In this document: in pieces, positions 1 through 9,325 of the stretch
How positions within the stretch are numbered: position 1 is the stretch's first letter
Layout of the letters: every line of letters starts with the position of its first letter
Origin: Antedon mediterranea
Taxonomy: Eukaryota > Animalia > Echinodermata
Length of the DNA: 64,000 nt
Assembly: GCF_964355755.1 (NCBI RefSeq)
Contig: NC_092671.1
Location: 18,538,001 to 18,602,000, forward strand
Reading direction: 5' to 3'
Notes under the pieces: generated by a model
What the model was told of the DNA's origin: nothing
What the model saw: the letters and a program-made list of their open reading frames with translations, nothing else
Databases searched by the model: none
Program-made: the position numbers and the translations under genes

Positions 1-1023
1 TATTATTTCATCGGTAGATTTTTAACCGTCGTGCGGTAAAGTTAGTTCCTGGTTCAGTGAGTCATCATTTGCGACTTCCTGGTATCAACTATCAACTTTA
101 TCATATCTAGGTTATCCTCATTTGTACCCCTTAATATTCTTCGAACCCTTTACTGCTCCCTCATTCTTCCCTATTTGAGCTACTGTAACATTGTCTGGCC
201 CAATACTTACGTATCCAACCTCAGTAAACTGCAAATTATACAAAAGAAGGCTATCAGGATTATATCTGGCGCTCCACCGCGGTCCCATTCTTCCCATTTA
301 TTTTCCAAACTTAATCTCTTCAAACTCATTGATATAAACTTAATGCAACAAGGCAAATTTGTATTCTCTGCCCTGCATTCCACTTCTCCAAATCATTTAA
401 ACAATATGTTTATTCCGAATTTTTTTATTCACAATTACCCTACACGTTCTAGAACTGATATACACATACCTATCCACAACACCAATTATTTTCAAAACAG
501 TATTAGATACTCCGGTCCATCAATGATGAACAGTTTACCACCCCCAATTACAAATGCTGTTTCAATTTCTTTATTTCCAAAAAATTAAAACAACGCCTAA
601 TGTCAAACTATTAAAAAGACAACGATCGAATGTCGCAATTTGATTTATGCTTCTGAACATTGATCTACTGTGGTTTTTGAGTTTTATTTTCTGATTCTAC
701 AATTTGATTGATCTATTTTTTTTAATGTATTTATTAATTATTATTTTTTTTTTTTTTTTTTTTTTTTCCTTTTTTGTGCGTTTTTTTGTCTTGTTTGTTT
801 TATTGAATTATCAATTTATTTGCATATGCATACCCAGCACAAGATTTCCTCATCTTCTCGGGATTATGCCTTCCTCCATAGCCAATTTTCTTAAATTCAC
901 TTTTCTTTTGTATATCCAACAATCATCTATTTCATTTTTAATATACCTTACCATTTCTGTTTATTATTTTGTATTGTATTGCTATGGAGGAAATAAATGT
1001 CTTTTGAATTGAATTGAATTGAA
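1..1023 (+). mobile_element. 3' end of a CR1/L2-group non-LTR retrotransposon (degenerate ORF2 C-terminus, 3' UTR, (GAATT)n tail)
   Basis: ORF 175-588 reads SYCNIVW...KLQIIQKKAIRII...HNYPTR, the typical post-RT C-terminal region of CR1/L2-type ORF2. It is followed by a T-rich 3' UTR, AATAAA at ~992 and a GAATT tail at ~1004-1023. Confidence 0.8.
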
Positions 1024-1257
1024 CTAAGTTGGCCGTTGGTGGCGGTACATCTAAGAAAGCCAAGGTGGAGATCTTTCTCAAAGTTGTTTTCATTGTGCTC
1101 GCCTATGTCAGAATTAAGCATAATGTTATATATATAGATGGTAACCGACCTCCGAAAACGTCCAGGCCAGAACGTCCTTTATTAATATTTAACATTCCGA
1201 GAACCATCATCTACACTTCCTAGAGCGGGAGCGAGCAAAGCGAGCACACCCTCTAGT
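1024..1257 (+). mobile_element. Non-autonomous Helitron-like fragment with 3' hairpin and CTAG end
   Basis: Ends CTAGAG-CGGGAGCGAGCAAAGCGAGCACACC-CTCTAG|T. Homologous to 30750-31186; related terminus at 12752-12788 (minus). Confidence 0.55.
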
Positions 1258-1289
1258 TATTGATAAACACATTTCTTTTGGACGTAGCA

Positions 1290-1413
1290 GTTTTAATTAT
1301 TGTTCTACAAATAAAGATTTATTATCAATTATTTTTAACAATCAGTAGTAAAGATGTTGTGTAAATATAGTCTGGCCTAACGAACGAAAATATAATCATA
1401 AACTAAACTATAG
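1290..1413. repeat. Dispersed repeat, second copy at ~36341-36477
   Basis: Both sites share GATTTATTATCAATTATTTTTAACAATCAGTAGTAA...GTGTAAATATAGTCTGGCCTA...AATATAATCATAAACTAAACTA. Confidence 0.7.
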
Positions 1414-2946
1414 TAATGTACATATTCCAGGGTAGGGACTAGGTTTACTCCCTAAAAATGTCAACAAAGTGACTGTCATTTCCGGGAAAACTAGACTAGT
1501 GAGATGTGTCATGTTGTTATCCATTAAAAACATCAGAACGCTACAAGATGATTTTGTACTAGCAGCTGTTATTAAATCAGCAGATAATTTAAATATTGAT
1601 GTCCTTGCTCTACAAGAGGCTAGAAGACTAGGAAACGGTATTTTAGAATTTGAAGATGAGTCAATAAAAGGCTGGCAGCTTATATGGAGTGGATACAAGA
1701 GACGAAAAGAACATGGAGTTGCCATTATATGTGCACCACATGTGAAGAGCACTCAGAGCATTTACAAGCTAGGATAGCTTCTGTTAAAGTAAGCTTGAAA
1801 GTGATGAAACTGTCAATTCTGAATTGTTATGCACCCACTGAAACCAGTAAGGCGTCTGAGAAAACGATGTTCTACAAATCGCTTTCGAAAGCGAAACCAC
1901 TTCTAGACAAGACACCAAGGTTTAAAATCATCCCACTGGGTGATTTCAATTCAACCATATCATCAGAAAGTAAAGAGAGTGGAGTTTGGGATAGTATCCT
2001 TAGCAACAACCCAGCTCGTCGACACACTAACGACAACGGTTCGAGAATGCTGGAGTGGTGTTTATTCAACTCTATGAGAATAATGAATTCTTGGATACCA
2101 AGCAAACGAACGAATACACAGAGAAACATGGATACATGCAGGAACAGGATTGTGGAAGCGTATTGACTACATATGCACCACAAAATGGTTTAGAAACTTT
2201 GCTGTCGTGTGTATGTTGGGCCTTCAAGATTATCAACACAGATCATAGGCTCCTAGTGATGAGTATATAACTTCACAACAACATCAAGGCGAAGTGAGGT
2301 ACTACGTACAATAAGACACTACAAATCTAGCAAATCTAAAACAAACTATGCTGCACTTAAAGATGTTCCAGAAGTCAGTGAAAAACTTACTTCAAAACTT
2401 GAAGATGCCTTTGATCAACTACCTCATAAAGATGAGCTGAATGATTTTATTACTGAAAAGGTATGTAAGTGTGTTGAAGTCTGTCCTAAGAAAACAGTTG
2501 TGAAAAGAAAAGAGCCATGGGAAGACGATGATTTGTGTAAGATGATAGAAGATCAAAGGAAGTGCAGTACCGTAATAAGAACGAGTTAAGGAAGTTACAG
2601 AAAAGGATTAAGAAAAAGCAGAGAGAACTAAAAAATGAGTATTACAAGTGCCTAGCAGAGAATCTGAATTTTGCGACTGAAGCTAAGTCAGCAGAAAAGG
2701 AGTTTGCAATCGCCAAAAACTACAAAGTCTTCAAGAAATCCAGTGATAGTAGAATTCAGAAGGAAAAGCTCAAAGTACATTTTGAGTCACACTTTGCAGG
2801 CCCACCTGAATCCTGCAGTATCCCAATTGAGCTAGAAGACCCAGGAAGTTTCCCATAGTTGTTCAATGATGAAGACTGTATAGTTAATGAGGATCCACCA
2901 ACTAGCAAAGAACTAGAAGAGGTTATAAAGTCATTCAAAAATGGAA

Positions 2947-3692
2947 CAAGGCCAACAGCCATTAAGTCCCGTGCTACAATGCATAGTGATACCGGACCGA
3001 CGGACAGACCGACCGACAGACCGACAGACAGACCGACCGACATAGTGAACTATAGAGTCGCGTCCACGCGACTAAAAAGGCGTAATTTTGACGAATTTTT
3101 GAACTTTTTCATCAAAAACGTGCGCAAATTATCCAATTCGACGTGCTCGTATGACGTAATTTTAAGTCGAAATTGTTTAAAAGTTGGAAAATTATTAGAA
3201 AAGGCTACAAAAACATAAATCACGCGAAAAAAGTATGTATTTAACGCGCGTATGGGAATTTTTGACATGCTCAAAATGACAAAAAAAGCGTAGAAAGTTG
3301 ATTACAAATTAATTTTGCGCATTTTAAAATTTTAAATGCGCGTGCGCGCGTAACTTTGTGTAAAACACATTTTTTTTCAACAGAAAGTTAGCGCCTGATA
3401 TAAATTAAACTTTTGCAAAGTTTCAATTTAAAATGTTATTTGGTTTTTGACCTATGTAAATACGAGAAAATCATTAAATCGCGCGTAAATCACGTTGCGC
3501 AACTCTAACGTCATTCACAATAGCACAATTTCACGTAAATGCCCACATGTTGACATCAAAACAGTTAAAAAAGTACAGAAAAGCAATAAAACGCATAGTG
3601 ATACCGGACCGACAGACAGACCGACAGACCGACAGACAGACCGACAGACCGACCGACATAGTGAACTATAGAGTCGCTTCCACGCGACTAAA
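2947..3692 (-). mobile_element. Helentron/DINE-1-like non-autonomous element (HINE) inserted in the RTE ORF
   Basis: The minus strand begins TTTTTAGTCGCGTGGAAGCGACTCTATAG (subterminal inverted repeat), followed by a (GTCG/GTCT)n microsatellite, and ends ...GGCCTTGTT. It sits in a T run with no TSD. Removing it rejoins the RTE peptide KSFKNG / (K)RGGTDNIKSEVLK. The head module is duplicated (~2982-3078 and ~3594-3692). Confidence 0.75.
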
Positions 3693-4845
3693 AAGGGGAG
3701 GGACAGATAACATCAAGTCCGAAGTACTGAAGTACAATACAAGTCAACGCCTGTTTGCATTCCTTCATATGCTTATAACTGTAATCTGGACAACACTGAA
3801 GGTCCCTAACTCTTGGCTGATGAGCAAGACCACTTGTATTTTTAAGAAGAGGAATGTCTGTGAAGCCAAGAATTACAGAGGGATATCGATAGGATCAAAT
3901 CTAAGCAGAATTCTATCCAAGATTATCACATGGAGATTGAAAGGGGCGTATGAAAGTCATTTAAGTGAGAGTCAGTTTGGATTCCGCAGCAATAGATCAA
4001 CTGCTGATGCTATTTTATAACCAGAGCTGTTATCGAGAAACATCAAGGTACAATCATTACTACCTATATTGATATCACTGATGCATATGATCACATACCA
4101 AGACACCTACTCTTTAAAGTTCTACTTCTCAGGACAAAAGCTACACATATCGTTTCACTATGTATGATGGAACAACAGCATGCATCAACGGGATGAAATC
4201 TTTCTTTGAAGTGAGAGTCGGATGCAGACAACGTGGTCAGGAATCCTCTTGCCTTTTTAATTTGTATTTTGATTTTGTCCTCAAAATTTCTGCATTTGAA
4301 ATCGATAAGGAATTTCCCGATGGATGGGCTATTGGATTTCGTTATAATATTCCAACTGAATGTACAAACAGAGAACAGAGAAAAGAAGCTAAGCAGAATG
4401 GAGTGGAAATAATCAAGTGGATCTTATATGCAGATGATCTTGTTTTATTCTCAAAAAATGTTAAAGAATCACAGCAAATCTTGACCATTATTTGTGATAC
4501 TTGCAGAAGATACGGGCTGAATGTTTCCCTGAAGAAAACGAAGACTCATGTGTTTGGTGAACAACATATAGCAGAGAAAAGTTCCTTATTGAACATAAAT
4601 GGAGTGGATATTGAAAATGTAAGAGACTTTGTTTATTTGGGGCATACAATCACAAATAGAGAGGATGGCTGCTTCACTGACCATAGAACATCAAGTGCTG
4701 TAGGAAAGTTCCATGAATTAAAAGAAGTTTTAAAAGATCATGATGTCTATATGAAGACAAGAAAGAAAGTTTTAGAGGCATGCGTAAGATCCCGGCTCTT
4801 AAATGGTACACAAGCATGGTTTCCAAATTAGAATGAAATAAAGAA

Positions 4846-6775
4846 TACTTCGCAAATATTGCTTCCGATTTAATGAAGAAATTTCCTTCTCCCAGTAACC
4901 TTTTTAGTGTGGGTTCGAATGCCTTTAAAAATTACTATAATAGCAAAATCAAACATGTTTCTGGTTTTTCTCTCGAAGAAATTGACGAGAGCCTTATCGA
5001 AGAGGATCATCTAAAAGTGTAGGCCTTGATCAGATTCCTGCAAAATTTCTTAGAGACGGAGCTCCTAATATTAAAATACCAATAACACATATAATTAACC
5101 TCTCCATTAAATACGAACGTATTCCCTCGGATTTTAAACTCGCAAAAGTCACGCCCCTTCATAAAAAGAATTCCAGAACTGAGGCTAACAATTACAGACC
5201 TATAAGCATTCTCTCCTCAGTTTCGAAAATTCTGGAGAAGGTGGTATATATACAAGTTTCCGATTACCTTGAAAGGAATCAACTTATCTACGATCATCAA
5301 TCCGGTTTTCGTAGATCATTTTCTACCGACACATGTCTTATCCATCTTAGAGATCACCTTAGAGTTCAAATGTCAAATGGTTTATTTACGGGTATGGTTT
5401 TACTCGATGTCCAAAAGGCCTTTGACTCGGTCAATCATGATATTTTGTGTAAAAAACTTAAGTATCTAGGATGCCGGTCTATCGGTTGGTTTCAAGCGTA
5501 CCTGTCTGGGCGAAATCAGATTGTCGATATTAAAGGTACCAAATCGGACTCTATTGAGATTGGATGTGGAGTCCCCCAGGGTAGCCTTTTGGGTCCTCTC
5601 TTGTTTCTTATTTACGTGAATGACCTACCATCAAGTATCGAAAGTGATTGTAAAGTTGTTTTGTACGCTGACGATTGTGCAATTTTTTACTCCCATAAAG
5701 ATCCAATCGCAATCCAATCTAAACTCCAAAACAATCTCGTATCATGCAATAATTGGCTGATCGACAATCAACTTTCGCTTCATATGGGTAAGACCGAATG
5801 CATCCTGTTTGGTTCTAAACGTAGATTAAGCAAAGTAAACGAATTCTATATTGATTGCTTTGGAACGACTATAAATGGATCAAAATCTATCAAATATCTA
5901 GGTATTGAGATTGACCAAAATATATCAGGTGACGTCATTGCCCGCTTTGTTATAAACAAAGCAAACGGCAGACTGAAATTTCTGTACCGACAATCATCAT
6001 TTCTTAATTCACATTGTCGCAAAATTCTTAGTTTTGCTTTAATCCAACCGATGTTCGATTATTCGGTTTGCTCATGGTCTTCTACGGTAAATAAAAATTT
6101 AAAATCAAAATTACAAACGACTCAAAACAAAATGGTTCGTTTTATAAACAAGTTAGGTCCCCGATCTCATGTTGGTCAATCTCAGCTAAACGACGTTGGT
6201 ATGTTAAAAGTCCAAGACCGTGTCGAATTTCTTAGAGTCTGTCATGTTTTTAAAATATATAATCATTGTTGTCCACCTTATTTATGCAATCGTTTTATTA
6301 GAATTTCAGACAGTCATAATTACAATACTAGGGGATGCAATTTAAATTTTAGAATCCCAACTATCAAGCCAATGGCACATGTGACCTTTTTTTACAATGC
6401 TATTAAAGAATGGAATAATTTACCAATTAACATTAAGGAATCACAAACTGTTTGTTGTTTTAAAAGTAAAGTTAAAAAGTATCTACAGGATCGGAACGTT
6501 CACTAGCTCTAGAAACTATTTAATTAGCGCTTCTTCTTTTTTCGATTGTCCTTTTTGCTGTTTTTTGTAATTTTTATATGTTGCTTTGTTTGTTTTTTTT
6601 GCTGTTCTTTCAAAGGACCTCATTGGAAACAAGTCCGTAGAGGACTTTTATGAGTTATCCTTGGCATCCTTGTTTTATTTTGGTATTTTTATATTTGCCA
6701 ATTTTAATTGTATGTCTGTGATATTTTATGTACTGATGCCGAAATAAATCAAATCAAATCAAATCAAATCAAATC
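4846..6775 (+). mobile_element. 5'-truncated, relatively young CR1/L2-group LINE with (AAATC)n tail, nested in the RTE element
   Basis: Starts at YFANIA. The frame is open from ~5010 to 6506 (GLDQIPAKFL, NYRPISIL, QSGFR, LDVQKAFDSV, GVPQGSLLGP, YADD, KYLG). AATAAA plus AAATC x6 at 6743-6775. The flanks rejoin as RTE codons GAA ATA AAG AAG CTG GAA TCG (EIKKLES). Confidence 0.9.
5241..6506 (+). CDS. Non-LTR retrotransposon reverse transcriptase (ORF2 fragment)
   Basis: 421-aa ORF with a complete RT motif set. The frame extends upstream to ~5010; there is no authentic start because of the 5' truncation. Confidence 0.85.
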   Translation: MVYIQVSDYLERNQLIYDHQSGFRRSFSTDTCLIHLRDHLRVQMSNGLFTGMVLLDVQKAFDSVNHDILCKKLKYLGCRSIGWFQAYLSGRNQIVDIKGTKSDSIEIGCGVPQGSLLGPLLFLIYVNDLPSSIESDCKVVLYADDCAIFYSHKDPIAIQSKLQNNLVSCNNWLIDNQLSLHMGKTECILFGSKRRLSKVNEFYIDCFGTTINGSKSIKYLGIEIDQNISGDVIARFVINKANGRLKFLYRQSSFLNSHCRKILSFALIQPMFDYSVCSWSSTVNKNLKSKLQTTQNKMVRFINKLGPRSHVGQSQLNDVGMLKVQDRVEFLRVCHVFKIYNHCCPPYLCNRFIRISDSHNYNTRGCNLNFRIPTIKPMAHVTFFYNAIKEWNNLPINIKESQTVCCFKSKVKKYLQDRNVH

Positions 6776-7743
6776 AAGCTGGAATCGTGACAGATGGTAA
6801 AGAGAGGGTTTGACAGGGCAAAGAAAGAGGCTGACCAACCAGATGAGGATATCTACAGACTTGTATATTCCAACAAAAGGATATGTGAAATTGTTGGAAC
6901 ATCTTCCTTGAGGGACTGCATATACAGTTAGTATATCCGATACGTTGGTCATATCTGTAGAGGACCGAATACATCAATTACAAAAAAGATGCTGTTTGCT
7001 GTTCCAACAAGACGGTACTATCGTGATCCGTGGATAAAATTCTCTCGTATTTTAAGTATGGAAATCAGGCAAGCCAAAGCTATTACACAATCGAAGAAAA
7101 TTCTTAATGAACACCTTAGTAGGCTATTTGGTGCTGAATAGGTTTTCGACTCCAGTTCTACGACGTAGAAGAGGATCCCATATGTATGTATGTATGTATG
7201 TTATCCTGAATTTTAAGTGCGAGAGTACCATTACCGACCATCCAGGGGTGTCATTTACCTAAATTAAGGATACACCCTGACCCCCAAACACCTTCATCTC
7301 ACCCAACCTTTTCTTGTAGTCCTATATTTGAACTGAAAAAAATGTGTGTGGAAAGATTGTTCAGTTGATATACGAAGTTTTAGTTCTAAATATTTATCTA
7401 AAAACAAAATAAATATAACTTGCTAATGGCGAAATAAAAGCACACTGCCTCTTTATGGTACAGTTACTCATTCCAGGAACGTTCCAATTTGATCGCTTTG
7501 AGAAAATAGGTAGAAAAACGGACTTTGCAATTCCCGTATATCGCTTCAGACAAACGAAATAAAAAATTCCATAATTCATAAAAATGTCCTCCCTGTATCT
7601 TGCCTGACACGTCACCCAGAGCTACAAATTGCAGAGAGGGGAGATGTCCTATTTAACCTATCATCTACCTCCATTTACTCTGGATTTTGGTAAAACTGTT
7701 ATTCTATGCAGCAAAGCTGACGCCCTCTACTGGCCGGCACGAA

Positions 7744-7788
7744 TGACGTACTGTATAAAGCTGTCTTGAAAAATAAATGAAGTCATTC
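7744..7788 (+). promoter_or_regulatory. Putative core promoter of the HNMT-like gene (CRE-like TGACGTA, TATAAA, Inr TCATTC)
   Basis: TATAAA at 7754-7759 and Inr TCATTC at 7783-7788 put the A(+1) 31 nt after the first T of TATA. A candidate 5' UTR exon ends at 7902 (donor GTAAGT at 7903), with acceptor AG at 8017-8018. Confidence 0.55.
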
Positions 7789-8023
7789 ATAAGGCAAAGA
7801 AAGAAGGGCAAACAAATTATTTTTAAGTTGTTGAATTAATTTATTTTGAGCTTTTTTAGTCTATAAGTTAACGTTTTGATATACTTTCTCATTTTTAAAC
7901 AAGTAAGTAAACAAATACAAAATCGTATTCACGTTTTAATTATACTAATTGAACTGCATAGCCTATTATTAACAATAACTATTAACTTATTTGATTATGT
8001 ATAATTGTTATGTTATAGAAGAA

Positions 8024-8216
8024 ATGGACAATTTGACACGGTTAAGCAACAACCCCAGGCGGTATGCAGAGTCATTTGATGTATATTGGAAGTTATGTAG
8101 AAACGTTGGAGCGTTTGAACATTGGATTAATTCATATTTCCCTGAGAAAATTATGAAAGAAATAAATTTAGAAAGAGGAAATAAGCTAATGGCACTCGGA
8201 ATTGGTAGCGGGCCAG
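8024..8216 (+). CDS. HNMT: Histamine N-methyltransferase-like protein, coding exon 1
   Basis: MDNLTRL...RYAESF...LGIGSGPG (SAM-binding motif I). Donor CAG|GTAAG at 8216/8217, phase 1. Confidence 0.85.
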
Positions 8217-8443
8217 GTAAGAAGGGGTTGGAGAATCGATCTGTAACTAGGCCTATAACTATATGAGGTTTTGAAAATACCCATTGTTCCTCTCTACAAA
8301 CAACATACAAATGAATGTTGCTTTTATTTAGCCTACTTTTGACTGTGATTCCTTTAATGTTTGGTTTTGTATACCAGTATTCAATTTAGGCACACCATTG
8401 AATATGGGGCTTATCGTATCGTTTCCCCCATTTTACCCTCCAG

Positions 8444-8770
8444 GCCAAACTGAAATCAAATTTTTGAAGCAACTGCTTAGAGAGTGGCCAGAGATCACAG
8501 ATACGGTGGTGGAACCAGATCTTTCATATATTAATAAATATAAAGATCTAGCTGTAAAGAAAACTGAACTCATCGATGGAGTTTCCTTCGAATGGCGACA
8601 ACAGACTCTACAGCAGTTCAGACAGGAAAACCAAAATCAACCAGTGAAGAAGTACCATTTTATAATGGCGATCCACGCGCTTTATTTCTTTGAAGATTTA
8701 CCAGATGTTTTAAAATATCTGATAAGTATTCTTGAAGATGGTGGTATGATACTAGCAATGATCTCATGTG
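8444..8770 (+). CDS. HNMT: Histamine N-methyltransferase-like protein, coding exon 2
   Basis: Pyrimidine tract plus CAG at 8441-8443. Motifs VVEPD, VSFEWRQQT, KYHFIMAIHALYF, LEDGGMIL. Donor GTAGG at 8771, phase 1. Confidence 0.85.
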
Positions 8771-8945
8771 GTAGGCTATTATATCTTTTTAATACCTGTT
8801 TATGCTAAGAATATCTTTCTTAAAAAGTTTTACTGAACTCGGACTTGGAAAAAACGAAATGTCTAATTTGTACAAGACGTAATAATTACTCTAAATTTCT
8901 TAATACTAGAACCTTCATTTCTTTTTACAAATACATTTTTTATAG

Positions 8946-9292
8946 ATGACAGTTGTACATCACAGTGTTACGAACAAATGCCTCAGTTTAAGAAGAATGC
9001 ATATGCTATATCTACAAGAGATGTGGAGAAAGCGTTGGAGAAACTCCAAATACAGTATGTGAAGCATCGCATACAAGTAAACATGGATGCTACCAGCTGT
9101 TTCGATGGCGAATCGAAAGAAGGGGAACTTCTCTTGGATTTTCTTACAAGATCTGCTTTCTTTAAGAAAAATGCATCTGAATCGTTGTATAGTGATATGA
9201 TTAAGCATTTAAGAAGTATAGTTTTGCCTGAAAGTAAGGATGGCAAAAGTTTGCTAAGATGTGATTGTGATGCGATTGTTATCACAAAGTAG
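8946..9292 (+). CDS. HNMT: Histamine N-methyltransferase-like protein, coding exon 3
   Basis: Acceptor TAG at 8943-8945. Contains MDATSCFDGESKEGELLLDFLT, an HNMT-like C-terminal motif. The spliced CDS is 193+327+347 = 867 nt = 288 aa plus stop, with no internal stops. Confidence 0.85.
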
Positions 9293-9325
9293 ACAACACT
9301 ATCTACAAGATAGTATAAAGAGATA

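Larger units (their letters stand above)
1440..7200 (+). mobile_element. Decayed RTE-type LINE (APE endonuclease + reverse transcriptase), interrupted by two insertions, with (TATG)n tail
   Basis: APE motifs NIRTL, DVLALQEAR, HGVAI, CYAPT, GDFNS, TDHRLL. RT motifs NYRGIS, ESQFGFR, YADDL, FVYLG. The C-terminal YIRYVGHICR motif resumes after 6776. Many stops and frameshifts. TATG x5 at 7181-7200. The 5' boundary is approximate. Confidence 0.85.

Noticed and set aside
704-1012. Hydrophobic 102-aa ORF, and similar poly-Phe ORFs at 15246-15598
   Set aside because: They arise from poly-T tracts in a LINE UTR and in TE ends.
2859-4020. Proteins with PTDR/QTDR repeats
   Set aside because: These are translations of the HINE (GACC/GACA)n microsatellite fused by chance to RTE frames.
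1469-6506. Novel multi-RT system (retron, DGR or similar)
   Set aside because: The two RTs are ordinary non-LTR retrotransposon fragments brought together by nested insertion.
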